Assembly (NCBI RefSeq): GCF_006345805.1
Contig: NW_021827505.1
Coordinates: forward strand, 1-27,985
Source: Octopus sinensis
Lineage: Eukaryota
Length of the DNA stretch: 27,985 bases
Reading direction: 5' to 3'
The position numbers and the translations under genes are program-made. Each line of letters begins with the position of its first letter. Position 1 is the first letter of the stretch. The notes below the pieces were generated by a model. That model was given only the letters and a program-made list of their open reading frames with translations. It searched no databases and had not been told where the DNA came from. Shown piece by piece: positions 11,238-24,455 of the stretch.

Positions 11238-11634
11238 GGCGCAGGAGTGGCTGTGTGGTAAATAGCTTGCTAACCAACCACATCGTTCCGTGTTCAGTCC
11301 CACCGCGTGGCACCTTGGGCAAGTGTCTTCTGCTATAGCCCCGGGCCGACCAATGCCTTGTGAGTGGATTTGGTAGACGGAAAATGAAAGAAGCCTGTCG
11401 TATATAGTATATATATATAAGTGTGTGTGTGTATATGTTGTGTGTCTGTGTTTGTCCCCCTAGCATTGCTTGACAACCGATGCTGGTGTGTTTACTTCCC
11501 GTCACTAAGAGTTCGGCAAAAGAGACCGATAAAATAAGTATGGGCTACAAAGAATAAGTCCCGGGGGCGATTTGCTCACTAAAGGCGGTGCTCCAGCATG
11601 GCCGCAGAGTTAACTGACTGAAACAAGTAAAGAG
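11238..11634 (+). mobile_element. tRNA-derived SINE, family C, full length with 15-bp target-site duplication
   Basis: Head GGCGCAGGAGTGGCTGTGTGG, CCTTGGGCAAGTG, internal microsatellite and tail GGCGGTGCTCCAGCATGGCCGCAG..GACTGAAACAAGTAAA. The direct repeat AAAAGACACACAGAT flanks it at 11222-11236 and 11635-11649. Confidence 0.95.
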
Positions 11635-11751
11635 AAAAGACACACAGATCCAAAGTTTTTTAGGCTGATGTTTTTACAGTCTATGGCTCAACGACATACG
11701 CAAACCCCGGTTTACTCCTACACTATTTTGTGAATAGCAAATCAAAAGCTA

Positions 11752-11825
11752 TAATCGACTCAACCCGTTTGTCTGTCCTTGTTTTCCCCCTCTATGTTTA
11801 GCCCCTTGTGGGCAATAAAGAAATA
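11752..11825 (+). mobile_element. Family A SINE fragment (second half of one internal unit)
   Basis: AATCGACT..GTCTGTCCTTGTTT..TTTAGCCCCTTGTGGGCAATAAAGAAATA matches 1815-1886. Confidence 0.85.
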
Positions 11826-11948
11826 TGAATATATGGACACGCAAAAGAAGGGACCGTTCAAAGCATCACTACACACGTTTCGATAACGTGGTTATTTATT
11901 ATCAATGCACAGTATAATATATTTATTTGATCTCAATTGCCTTATATG

Positions 11949-11985
11949 TATATGTATATACGTGAGTGTCTGAGACTTTCTGTAC

Positions 11986-12025
<40 letters not shown>

Positions 12026-12061
12026 TACAGAAATTCTCAGACACTCACGTGTGTACATATA
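11949..12061. repeat. Palindrome of about 113 bp centred on (AT)n
   Basis: Arms 11950-11985 and 12025-12060 are reverse complements with 3 mismatches. The centre is a self-complementary G(TA)nC tract plus one extra base. Confidence 0.95.
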
Positions 12062-12555
12062 ACATTTCATTATATGTAATTTTCTAGATGTGTAATTTAA
12101 TTGTTCATTTTGAATTGATAAAAGGTGTTTTTTTTCTAATTACACACACACACACACACCACACCACACACACACACACACACACACAATACACACACAA
12201 CACACACACCACACATACACAACACACCACACACACATATATATATATATATATATTATATTTTGTGAAATTTGATTTAGTATTTCTAAATTGAATTTTT
12301 TCCCTGTAAGTTAGGAATAATATTCCCTCAAATTATTATATACACTATATTCAAATTATATTATATACACTACATACATACATATATATAAATATACACA
12401 TGCATACTCTTATACTGACACATAACTGTTCTTAATACAGGCCTTGGAAACGAAAGTCAGAAAGCCTCTTCGTTTACTGACTCCTACATTTGCAATAATC
12501 CATTCTCATTCGAAATAGATTGGCTCATAAATCTGCAGCTTATATGACAACATAA

Positions 12556-12667
<112 letters not shown>

Positions 12668-12819
12668 CCACCTTCTCACTCTCTCCAATTATTGTCTTAA
12701 TTGGACCACGTGATCTTTCCGAATTGGTTATCAATTCAGCCGTAATTAACGAAAGCTTAATTACAATATCACATTTGATTAGCTTTGACCTGTAATCATA
12801 TCGTTTTCCGTATATTCCT

Positions 12820-12990
12820 GCCGTTGTTGTTGTTACTGCAGTTATTGTTGGGGCTGTTGTTGTTGCTGTTGTTGTTGTTGTATTTGCTGTTGTTGTTGTT
12901 GTTTTTGCTGTTGTTGTTGTTTAGCCCCAGGTCAAATTTAATCAACTTTGATTGACCTATGTTTAAAGACATTCCGGTCGTGACTATTCT
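12820..12990 (-). mobile_element. Retroposon 3' end with decayed (CAA)n tail
   Basis: Minus-strand ...GACCTGGGGCTAAACAACAACAAC is followed by about 90 bp of degenerate (CAA)n. It may be the 3' end of the adjacent LINE or of a dependent SINE. Confidence 0.55.
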
Positions 12991-13007
12991 ATTTTCTTTC
13001 TACATAC

Positions 13008-13150
13008 AGAGAAAGCATTGTGCAATATGCTCTTTTCTGTGATGGTACAGTCTTCTTTTGAGTGGAATTCAGCTACTATTTCTAGTAGTTCAGGTAGTGG
13101 ACGTGGGTTTTGTCCGCCCTTGCGTAGTAATCCTATTGGTGCCCCTCTTC
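13008..13150 (-). CDS. Tentative internal coding exon, product unknown
   Basis: 143 nt between acceptor TTTAAAG| and donor TCT|GTATGT, open in phase 1 to 0: (G)RGAPIGLLRKGGQNPRPLPELLEIVAEFHSKEDCTITEKSILHNAFS. The composition is non-repetitive, but it could be part of the LINE relic. Confidence 0.3.
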
Positions 13151-13519
13151 CTTTAAATATATTATAGTTTCCATCGGATGCATATAAAGTAGCCACCATT
13201 CGCTGTCAGTGTGCTCTCTTTTGGGCCACTGGCAAATAATGTCTCGTTGCTGTATATAACCAGACCAGCTCTGTTACTGCAGCCCCGTGGCACACAAGCA
13301 TCGACTGAACAAATATGAACTGGCTACTAGTATGTTCTTCCAGATATGTATTTGCCTATAAGAATGAGTTACAGTGCCGCAGCCCAGAGATGATTTACGC
13401 TCTTTCCATTGCCCAGCGAATGTACAAATCCACGCAGATTCTTTTTATGGTCACACATGAAATGCGGATGAAGTACAGCACATGCGGTTTCTCTTTACTT
13501 ATTATTAATGACGTGTGTG

Positions 13520-14460
13520 TGTAGGGTGTATATACCAGCTGAGGGTTTGGCTTCTATTGAGGCTGCCTCTATTTCGGTAAATGTAGATGCTTACATTCGT
13601 GTGGCTGTATTGTACATGTGGTATGCTTATATGTATTCATGGCCATAGTGGGAGAACTAGGGTGGTTAGAATGCTGCTGTAGTCTTTTTCTTTTTAGGGT
13701 GGTGTATATTTATATCTGGGTGATTGGAAGTATTTTTCCAGGAGTCGAAACAAGTGTGAGAGTTGAAGATTTTTTGGAAGCAATCTGTATCCCTCACATA
13801 TCCAAGATTTCTTTCTTTTCCACTATTTTTACTTCGTTGTAATGGAAGGTCAGTGGATGTGTCTTGTGATGCGTAATGCATTGTTCTGAATTCTTTCTGA
13901 TTTCTTATGCTTTGTTGTCGAACGATTGAAGTTTAATGGGTCAAAATATATTTCTATGTCGTCTTACTTAAATTCTTAGTCTGTATTGTGGAGAATTTCT
14001 ATGTAAGTCTTTGTATTTGTATTTTGGTGCTTTGTGAGTTTCGTGGGTTGTGTGTTTGATATTTTCTGGTGTCGGTTCTAAGAAACACGACTTTGGATTT
14101 GGTGGATTCGAGTATATTGTTATGGAACCAGGCTGCAGGCGATTTAATTAGAGTTTTTGCTGTTATGTAGCTGTGTCTGGAGAATAACAAAAAAAGGTGT
14201 GATGTCATCTGAGTACGATGACACATCATTTGGGCTGGGGTTGGAGGGTCTTATAAAAATAAGCTGAAAAGAATGGATGAGAGGCCGAAACCTTTTGGTA
14301 CATTATTCTGGAAATTCCAATTTTTTCAAGTGCATTTCTTCTACACTTCATTGACAACGAGATAGATTATTATTATTATTTGTTTTTGCATAATTGTCGG
14401 AAACGCTGCTGATGTCGATGGCAGTAAAGATGGTATTTCTAGAGGTTGTTTGGTGTTGAC
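13520..14460 (-). pseudogene. Degenerate non-LTR retrotransposon (I/Jockey/Loa group) reverse transcriptase fragment
   Basis: Motifs occur in the expected order on the minus strand: TIFTAIDISSVSD (about 14400-14435; cf. AIDISKAFD), VPKGFGLSSILFSLFL (about 14260-14305; cf. VPQGSVLSP.LF), SYSDDIT (about 14200-14220; YADD), WFHNNILESTKS, and RIQNNALRIT (about 13865-13895). There are several stops and frameshifts. Confidence 0.8.
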
Positions 14461-15339
14461 GCTTTCGTGACAAGTTCGTCAGCAGCTTTGTTGATTACTG
14501 TTTATATGAAAGGCACGAGCATTCAGATAGGGCCCTCCATCAAACTGTACTCACCTGTTTTATGGCTAAGGGCATTTAGAAAACTTCAAACAGTTTCATT
14601 AAACATTGAGACAAAAACAGTAAATAAACAGAAAAACTCCAGCTCGGATCCAGTGATTTAGAAAAGAAATTACATAAATTTAACAGATTCAAACGCAAAA
14701 CAGTTACTACATCACCATATTTGCTTTAACTATCTGCATTTCCAGTTTGTTGTCTTACTCTATATATTTTCCACTGTATATACCCGCTCTGTTTATATAC
14801 CCGCTGAACAATAATAGGAATGTAATGAGCCACTACCGGTAGACGGCGTTGCCAACTTATCGCATATTAAATAGGCATTTGAAAGTGAAAGTGTCCTGTT
14901 TGTAAAAATATTCTCTGAACGATGGCGATGCAATCGTCGTGTGTAATGTCAAAATATTTTCAAATGCAAAAAAGCTGTTTATCTCTCCGCCTGTTATTCT
15001 TTCACTTAAAAAAATATTTTGAAATACTTTATGCTATTTTCACAAGGTCTATTTTCATATGCAAAACCATATTTTTTTAAAGCGTTCAGTGTGGAGTGCT
15101 GGGCAGCGCGGGGTAGGGAATGGAATAATAATGGCACTTCCTGTTTTTATCATCGTTCGTCTTGTTGTTATTCTTGTTGTTGTCTTTTGAAATGTCGTCT
15201 GTGAAGGCGAAGGTTTTTCATCTATGGCGTTCTTCCATTCGATTGCTGGGAATATTTCGCAAAATACATTTCCAATACATCACAGTTGTCTTTTACGGTT
15301 TACGGTAAACATGCGTGACGTTGACGCCATCTTCATCAC

Positions 15340-15370
15340 CATCATCTTCGTCATCACCACCACCACCACC

Positions 15371-15404
<34 letters not shown>

Positions 15405-15603
15405 TCACAATTCTTTTTTCTCTTCTCTTCTTCTTCTTCTTCTCCTACTATTCCTTCACCTCGTTCTTCTCCTCCTCCTCCTCCTCCTCCGTATCATTAA
15501 GAATATCACTACGAACATTTGGTGACAACAAAGCCCCCACTATCACCATCATGACTATCATCACCATCATCATCATCACTACCATCACCACCACCATCAT
15601 CAT

Positions 15604-15644
<41 letters not shown>

Positions 15645-15710
15645 GCATCACCACCACCACCACCATCACCACCATCATCATCACCATTATTATCGTCATC
15701 AACAGTTTAA
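15340..15710. repeat. Compound trinucleotide array (CAT/CAC/CTT/CTC/CAG)
   Basis: In-register mosaic of triplet runs. It explains the poly-I/T/S/M/P ORFs in the track. Confidence 0.95.
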
Positions 15711-16183
15711 ATGAAATTCCTATTACCGTCAACGACACGTCCATTGGTGGCTGATGGATGATTGTCGTTGTTGTTCTTGTTGTTGTCGTGGTTCCTACGG
15801 GCGGTGTGGTTGTTGTCAACGTTGTAGTTGAGGCTGCAAATTGTTATTGTGGTTGTTGTTGGCGTTGATTAATGTTGTTGTTGTTGTTAGTTAGTTAGTT
15901 ACGATACCGGAAGTGGTGTCAAGAGTATATGCAGAGCAGTGCAACTTAATCATTCCTAGGGAGGGGTTAATTGTTGAAGGGGAGGGGCGGAATGTCAGAG
16001 ATAAACTTTTGCGTGAAGATGAATTGATGTATTTAAAATCGATAAACAGTTTGTGTGTGTGTGTGTGTGTGCGTGTGTGTGTGTGTGTAGGTGTGTGTGT
16101 GTAGGTGTGTGTGTGTGCGTGTGTGTGTATTTCCATAACAGATTAACGAACACCAGTATTAAATATAAAAGTAACGTGCTATA

Positions 16184-16227
<44 letters not shown>

Positions 16228-16508
16228 GTGAGTGTATGTATAAAAATGTATATATATATGTATACATATATATATGTAAGCGTATGTATGTATTATGTAG
16301 CTAAATATGCATGTGTATATCTATATATGCGTGTGTGTGCGTTTTTAGGTGTGTAAATGTGCTTATATACATACACACACGCACATGGCATGTGAAATTA
16401 TACAGTCCGTTAAAGATAATATATCGTAACTTGAAATCCAAGAATGGTTGCTTTCATCGATAATCAACTTGAAGAAACGATGTATCATATTTAATGAATA
16501 TATCATAT

Positions 16509-16540
<32 letters not shown>

Positions 16541-16549
16541 ATATATATT

Positions 16550-16597
<48 letters not shown>

Positions 16598-16662
16598 CTG
16601 GTCCTCTGCCTTTATTTAGAAATCTATTAAGATTGAACCAGTTCTTTCTATAGCCAGATATA

Positions 16663-16829
16663 GACGCAGGCATAGCTGTGTAGTAAAAAGTTTGCTTTCC
16701 AACCACATGGCCCCGGGTTCAATACCAGTGCGTGGCAATATGGCAAGGTGGCTTTTACCGTAAGCTCGGGCAGGCCAAAACACTGGTGAGTGGATTGGTA
16801 GATAGAAGCTGAAAGAAACCCATCTAAGG

Positions 16830-16865
<36 letters not shown>

Positions 16866-17073
16866 GTGTGTGTGTATGTGGGTGTATTTGTGTCTGTGTC
16901 TCTGTGTTCCCCACCACCGCTTGACAACCGGTGTTATTGTGTTTACTTCCCCGTAACTTTGCCGTTCAACAAAATAGGCTTAAAAGAATATAAATACTGA
17001 TGTCGATTCTTCGAGGTGGTGCCCCAGCGTGGCCGCAGTCAAGCCACCAAGAGAAGTAACGAAGTAAAAGACA
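16663..17073 (+). mobile_element. Older, diverged family C SINE
   Basis: Head GACGCAGGCATAGCTGTGTAG, GGGTTCAATACC, internal (AT)(GT) tract, CTTGACAACCGGTG and tail GGTGGTGCCCCAGCGTGGCCGCAGTC. It is collinear with the 11238 copy. Confidence 0.85.
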
Positions 17074-17148
17074 AAGGATATACCTACCTACTTACCTCCC
17101 AACCTACCCAGTTACCCACATACATGTGTATGTATGTATGTATGTATG

Positions 17149-17182
<34 letters not shown>

Positions 17183-17193
17183 TGTATATATAC

Positions 17194-17224
<31 letters not shown>

Positions 17225-18674
17225 CACACACATATATATATATATATACATACCTGTTTTTCATGTATATATGTTTACGCATATATTCACTCTGTATAAA
17301 TATATATAAGTGTGCACACGTACAGACACATACTGACACATACACATTCACAGATGTGTGATTGTGCGTGTAGGCATGTGCGTTTGTGTATATGTGTACC
17401 ATGCCGCATTTCCTTATATATATATATATATCTATGCTTGCAAGTGTGTATATTTAAGCATACACATACATACTCGTACACACGCATATACACACATAAG
17501 CATACATATACATACCTCACTGCCCTTTACCTTTACCCACCTTTCTTCCATCGCCCCTGGCCCCTACTCCATTCTTCTTTTCCCCCCCTTCTCACCTCAT
17601 CCACACCTCCCACACTCACTTTTAGCTTTCAAAGAAAGACAAGATGTATTTCAGTTTCTCTCTGACCAATTCCTCAGTTTTTCTGTGATTTATTACCACA
17701 GTTCCTGATATCCTGATAGTCTTGTGTTCTACGATGGCATCTAATTCGCGAGTAGCAGCTACGCTAATATTTCAATTCATTTTCAAAAGATCGCGTTGCT
17801 GCTGCTGCTGCTGCTGCTTTTGTTCTTGTTGTTGTTGTTGTTGTTGCCTCGGTTGTTAAAGTTGTTGTTGTTAGCGCTGTCGTTGTTGTTGTTTTCTTGT
17901 CGGCAATGCAGAGGTGGGTTGTTTTCCGCATTTATTTTCGCTAGTAACAGCAACAAGAACAACAAGAACAAAACCAAAACAACAGTAATTATAACTATAT
18001 AACAAATTATCGCGATGAACGCAATTACACGCGCACATGCATATCTACATCGCAGCCACATACATGCACATTTATCTACATACATAAATACATACACACG
18101 AATATTCACGCGTACGTACAATACATATACTTATACAAAAACACACACGCGCACACACATATATATTTGTGCCTTTATATGTGTGCCTGTTTGTGTGTGT
18201 GCGTGCGTGTTTGTCTGTGTGTGTTTGTCCGGGCCGTATGCATCCATATATACACAAATGCGCATGTTTATCATGTGATGAGCTGGCTGTGTTTAAATTG
18301 TGCATTATCTACATAGCTTCACAAGCTTCTGTTGAGCACGGATTGGTCAAGAAGGAACCTATCATTGAGGAGACAAAAACACACAGAAACGTGGCGTCTG
18401 ATAGTCCACTGACTTTTTCTGGAAGTCCCTGTTCTGTTACTCGTGAAGTTTATAGGCAGAGGTTTATTGTCAGATAGAAAATTCCGTTTTGGTACTATTT
18501 ACCCGCAAGTGTACAAGTATCATGATAAATGTATATACCCGAACATTCTCTCTAGGCGAAGGTATTTAAAGAATTTATCTCGTACTTGATTTAGTTTACC
18601 ATTCCCTACATTATTTGTCCCACATCTCAAACAAAGCCATTCAGAATTATCTACCTTTGCTGAATTTGTTTTAA

Positions 18675-18725
<51 letters not shown>

Positions 18726-18957
18726 CGTTTGTGTGTTTATACATATATGTATAAAAAAAAGTGGGTTTTTTTTCACGAATATAAAAACATGCTTCAGAAT
18801 ATTTTACGATGGAGTTACATAGAATGATTATGATGCTCATTTATGTGACGTAAACAGGGAGTCAACCCCCTTCAAACGGCGTTTCATTCACATGGCCCTT
18901 AGGCGTGCCGCACACATTACCCTCATATACATGCACAACTCCACACACACAACGAAC

Positions 18958-18997
<40 letters not shown>

Positions 18998-19432
18998 ATA
19001 TGTATATATATATATATATATATATTTCCCTACACACACAGACACATAGACACGCAGACAAACAGACACATACACGCACACACAAACACACACATTTATA
19101 AATGCTTTTGCGTCTCCGGTTCGAGCCCCGCTCAACCCCCGTTCCGCTCCACCGAACTCTATCTCCGGTTACACTGCAAAGACACGACTCGTCTATTAGT
19201 GACTTCATTATTGAAACAGCTTCTTTGGGGATATTCGCGAATGTTCTATTCCGACGTTAGTGTTTAGAGACTGGAAGTTCCAACATCATATTTTCTTAAC
19301 GAATGCTTCACTGATTGATTAGTTAGTTGGAACGAAGATCGATAAGAAGTGATGGGGACATAAATGATGTCCTACATAATATCAAATGTTAGATTCATAC
19401 TTTGCACACACATACACACACACGCACACACG

Positions 19433-19498
<66 letters not shown>

Positions 19499-19808
19499 CC
19501 ACACACACATATATACATACACACAAGCAATTACATATATACACACATGTGTGCACATAATATCTGTATTATATACGAACACACACAAATACACACACAT
19601 ATGTCTGTATGATATACATACACAAAAACACACAAACGTATATGTACACAATATCTCTATCACATACACATACACACACAAACACATGCGTATATACACA
19701 TACTTACACATATGTGTGCACATATCTGTTTTATATACAAACACATGCAAATATACACATATCTCAGTACAATACACACACACACGTATTTGTATGCAAT
19801 ATCTCTAT

Positions 19809-19843
<35 letters not shown>

Positions 19844-20034
19844 GTATATATCTATGTGCATACACGTTCCTATACTCGGGTATCAAATGGGTATACAAGC
19901 GCACACAGACGCTGACGCACACAAACGCCTATTTAAAGATATATGGCCATATAAGCATACCTCTCTGCGAATGTGTGTGTTTATCTATCCGTATAGAATT
20001 GTACACATGCACGCACATATATATATACTTAATA

Positions 20035-20263
20035 GAGGCGCAATGGCCTAGTGGTTAGGGCAGCGGACTCGCGGTCGCAGGATCGCGGTTTCGATTGCTC
20101 GACTGGGCTTTGTGTGTGTTTTATTGAGCGAAAACACCTAAAGCTCTACGAGGCTCCGGCAGGGGGTGGTGATCCCTGCTGTACTCTTTCACCACAATGG
20201 CGGTGCCCCCGCATGGCACACTCAAGAGCTGAAACTGGAAAAACAAAAAGCAAAAAACAAAAA
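20035..20263 (+). mobile_element. tRNA-derived SINE, family D head joined to the shared short tail
   Basis: A-box TGGCCTAGTGGTTAGG and B-box GGTTTCGATT. At about 20196 the body switches to ATGGCGGTGCCCC.GCATGGC..GAGCTGAAAC, followed by an A-rich tail. Confidence 0.85.
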
Positions 20264-20781
20264 TATATTACATACACACAAAACGCACATGTGAAATTAC
20301 AGACATAAAGAACGAATATAAGATACACACACACACACCACACATACACACACACACATACACACACCATACACACACCCCATTACACACACACACACAC
20401 ACCCACATACACACCACACACATACACACACACACACACCACACACACGCACACCACAACACACACACACACACACGATAACACACACACACATACCACA
20501 CATACACACACACAAACACATACACACATACACACATACACACATGAGTAAACCCCAAAATATCTAAGGGTATGTATGAGTATGATTAGCAGTATTAGTA
20601 GCATTTGTAGTAGTAGCAGCAGTAGCAGTTCTAGTAGTAGTATTAGTATAATCAGCAGTAGTAGTAGTTGTACATGTTGTAGTAGTAGTATAAGTGTATT
20701 TTCATATTTGTGGCAAATTACACTCTACGCAATGTCGATGAGTTACAAATAAGTCGACCCAAAAGCGCGGAATAGAACGTC

Positions 20782-20825
20782 GATCCTAGAGGTTTCGTGC
20801 AGTTGACGGCATTCGTCAGCACTCG
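20782..20825 (-). ncRNA. Hammerhead-like catalytic core, probably degenerate
   Basis: CUGACGA-aUGC-loop-GCAc-GAAA-CCU/AGG-AUC. No helix I partner was found. Confidence 0.3.
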
Positions 20826-20878
20826 TCCGTAAGACAAAAATGATGGAAGAGGAACCCATTGCGGAAAAAAAGGATGAG

Positions 20879-20909
<31 letters not shown>

Positions 20910-21242
20910 TACTACTACTACTACTACTACTACTACTGCTAGTAGTAATAATGGCCATAATGATAATAACAATAATTACGTCATGAAACACCCGACCAAT
21001 CAAAAAGCGACCAGAAAAATTTAGTATCCTGATTACCATATTTTAATCTCCCCGACGGAGATGGCGAATGTTATTTCGAATACTTTAGGTACGAGAAGTA
21101 ATCCGGTTTGGCATCATGCAGTTGTAAATGTGTATGACTGTTGCATTGTGTTACTGCATGTATATATATGTGTGTATATTTTTATATTTCTATATACATG
21201 TATATATACATACATATATATATATATATATATCTATATAAT

Positions 21243-21278
<36 letters not shown>

Positions 21279-21598
21279 CATTTATGTGTGTATGTGCATA
21301 TATGTATTTATGCTTATGAGCACACACACACACACACATAAATGCATTCATGTGCATATATACATCCCGAATATTCCACTGAGTGGATCAAGGGTGGAAG
21401 GGCGGAGAAGGTGTCCATGTCAAATGGTGATGCATCAACAGCTAAGACAATTAGCGAGTGGATGGCATATGCTCGTACTAAGTCGGCCTCCAGCATTTGA
21501 CAGCTACAATGTGTCTGTGGGGTTTGGGGTGGGCACTGTGTACATTTTTTATATACATACATAATACATACATATACATACATACATTTTATATATAT

Positions 21599-21634
<36 letters not shown>

Positions 21635-22072
21635 AACATATATAAAAATATACGCTATATATATATATCATATATATCTGATACATACATTAAACACACA
21701 ACACCTGTATATAATTATACATATATATAATATCTATCTATGTGTCTATCTATATATGTATGTATATATATATATATGTATGCATGTATGTATATATATA
21801 TATATATATATATCTATATAATATATATATTGTGCATTAGTTTCATCATATATGTACAAACACACACACACGCACACACACACATATATATATACACCAT
21901 TGATGTTTGATGTATAGGTGTGTGTTGGCGTGTTGTATGCTGAGTTTTATATATGTGTGTGTGTGCTTGTGTTTGTTTGTGTGTGTGTGTGTGTATGTAC
22001 GCGCACATGTGTGTGCCTATACACATCAAAACCAATATCCAGGTTGTATAATCGGTGTGTGAATATTTCACA

Positions 22073-22220
22073 ATGGCGCAGCGACTGATATTCCTGTGTG
22101 CAGCGATATCATACACAGCCCTGACTGGAATATTTAATATACATTACAAGATTATATACTGTCATCTTCTGATATCGTTCCATTATCTTCTGCTTTGTGG
22201 GTTGGAACGGGGGCCCGGCG
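22073..22220 (+). CDS. Tentative first coding exon with hydrophobic N-terminus
   Basis: acaATGG start, open for 49 codons + 1 nt to donor GCG|GTAAGC. It reads MAQRLIFLCAAISYTALTG... No homology recognised. Confidence 0.2.
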
Positions 22221-22351
22221 GTAAGCATATACACACAGACAAGAGTATACCTTCCCACACAAGCACAAGCACACATACACACATACAGAGCCATACACAC
22301 GCACGTCCACGCGTACATACGTAATAAATACATACACTTACGTATGCATAA

Positions 22352-22352
<1 letters not shown>

Positions 22353-22382
<30 letters not shown>

Positions 22383-23030
22383 TGTATGTATGTATGTATG
22401 CATGTATGTATGTATGTATGTATGTATGTATGTACGTATGTATGTATGTATGTATGTATGTACGTATGTATGTATGTATGTACGTATGTACGTATGTATG
22501 TATGTATGTATGTACGTATGTATGTATGTATGTATGTACGTATGTATGTATGTATGTACGTATGTACGTATGTATGTATGTATGTATGTATGTATGTATG
22601 TATGTATGTATGTACGTATGTATGTACGTATGTATGTATGTATGTATGTAGGTATGTATGTATGTATGTACGTATGTATGTATGTATGTACGTATGTATG
22701 TATGTATGTATGTATGTATGTATGTACGTATGTATGTATGTATGTATGTATGTACGTATGTATGTATGTATGTACGTATGTATGCATGTATGTATGTACG
22801 TATGTATGTATGTATGTATGTATGTGTGTGTGTGTGTGTATGTATGTACGTATGTATGTATGTATGTATGTACGTATGTATGCATGTATGTATGTACGTA
22901 TGTATGTATGTATGTATGTATGTATGCATGTATGTATGTATGTATGTATGTATGTATGTATGTATGTATGTATGAATGTATGTATGTATGTGTGTGTGTG
23001 TGTGTATGTATGTACGTATGTGTGTATGTA
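22353..23030. repeat. (TATG)n array of about 680 bp with TACG/CATG/TG variant units
   Basis: Directly visible. It is the source of the longest ORFs in the track. Confidence 0.98.
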
Positions 23031-23347
23031 TACCACAAGGCTCTCAGGAAAACGGAAAACGAGAAATTTAGAGTAGTAGTTGATTGCAATCTCAGCGTGA
23101 AATAAATGAATCTATGCGTCTGTTTGTCTGTCTGTCTATCTTTTTATGTATCCATGTATATGTGTAGGTATGTGTCAACCTCTGTGCCGCTGTGTATATC
23201 ATGTAAGTGTATATACAACATACATACATATGCGCATAAATACATACACACATGCATACACACATACACATATATATATACATTTATGTACGTACACACA
23301 GAAATATATGTCTGTGTGTCTATATATAAACATATATATATATATAT

Positions 23348-23392
<45 letters not shown>

Positions 23393-23831
23393 GAGCATGA
23401 TATCTAGGTCAATATCTATTTATACTCACATAAATGTGTGTGTGTGTGTGTGTGAATTTTTGTATATGTACGTATGTGTGTTCCAGTACATGTGCCTGGT
23501 TGTGTTCGTGCATGTGTGAGTGTATATATATATATATATATATATATGCATATTTGTATGCTTATGTATGTGGTCTCAGTATCAATGTTTGCATATAAGT
23601 CAGGATACATTCCATGTGGAATCACGTCTCTCCATCTACTCTCATCAGTTCCGTCTCCTGGTCCCATTGCATGGCCCCTTATTACGTTTTTTTCCCCGCT
23701 TTTCTTTCAACACCATCTTCGATTGCCTCAGGTTTCGGGAATGAAACTGGTCAGACGCACAATTCGTGTAGACCGCAATTTCATAGGTCAGGCTACTGTG
23801 AAACGTAACAAATAACCACACGTATATGCAT

Positions 23832-23864
<33 letters not shown>

Positions 23865-24329
23865 CATATATATGTATGTGTGTGTATATTAGTGTATGCA
23901 TGTGTATGCACATATATACATGTACATATATATCTATGAAGAAAAATAGTGACAATGGTTGGAAATGCATACATTTTAAAAAAACGCTCATATGCTTTTT
24001 TATGTAATTATAACAAGCTTAATTATTTATCTCAAGGGGAGAATTTTTCTGTTCTCTGTATTTTATGTGTATGAAAATGAAAAGAGCAAAATATTTTTTC
24101 ACAAAATAAATGATTTTGTATAATAGTTAAACTGAAAATATTTTAGCGTCAGTTTCCATGAGAGAACTTTGATATATATTATAACATAAGAGGCAAGATG
24201 GAAGTGAGTGTGGAACCAAAACTGAAGTCAACCGATGGAATCCGCTGACATTCTTGTTCGTTTTGGAATTGCTCAATCCTTTAACGATGGGGAGATTCAC
24301 ACGAAAAAATTCAATGTCCTTCCACCAGG

Positions 24330-24455
24330 ATATAACTGGTATATACTCTATCGATGTCGGTCAGATGCATATAACGAAGGATGTTCAGAATCTAGACGGA
24401 AAGAGGAGGGAAAGGTGGCAAGGAAGACTGCGGTGAAAGTTGAACTCAAGATGGG
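24330..24455 (-). mobile_element. Highly degenerate family A SINE remnant
   Basis: ACTGGTATATACTCTATCGA and GGTGAAAGTTGAACTCAAG resemble the reverse complement of the family A unit. Confidence 0.35.

Noticed and set aside
14455-14490. CUGACGA...GAAAGCGUC hammerhead-like string on the minus strand
   Set aside because: No stem II or helix I pairing.
18317-18477. Plus-strand open stretch ...HGLVKKEPIIEETK... as an exon
   Set aside because: The acceptor is weak, there is no good donor before the stop, and no motif was recognised.
18610-18645. WLCLRCGTNN resembling a RanBP2-type zinc finger
   Set aside because: The second Cys pair is absent and the splice signals are weak.
19105-19140. B-box-like GGTTCGAGCCC
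   Set aside because: No upstream A box and no T-stem pairing.
22109-23105. Longest ORFs in the track (up to 326 aa; HTYI/MYVC repeats)
   Set aside because: They are translations of the (TATG)n array. The same applies to the other HT, YI, CV, LS and poly-amino-acid ORFs across the window.
23600-23655. CUGAUGA on the minus strand with GGAA/UUCC flanks
   Set aside because: GAAA is replaced by GAGA and there is no stem II.
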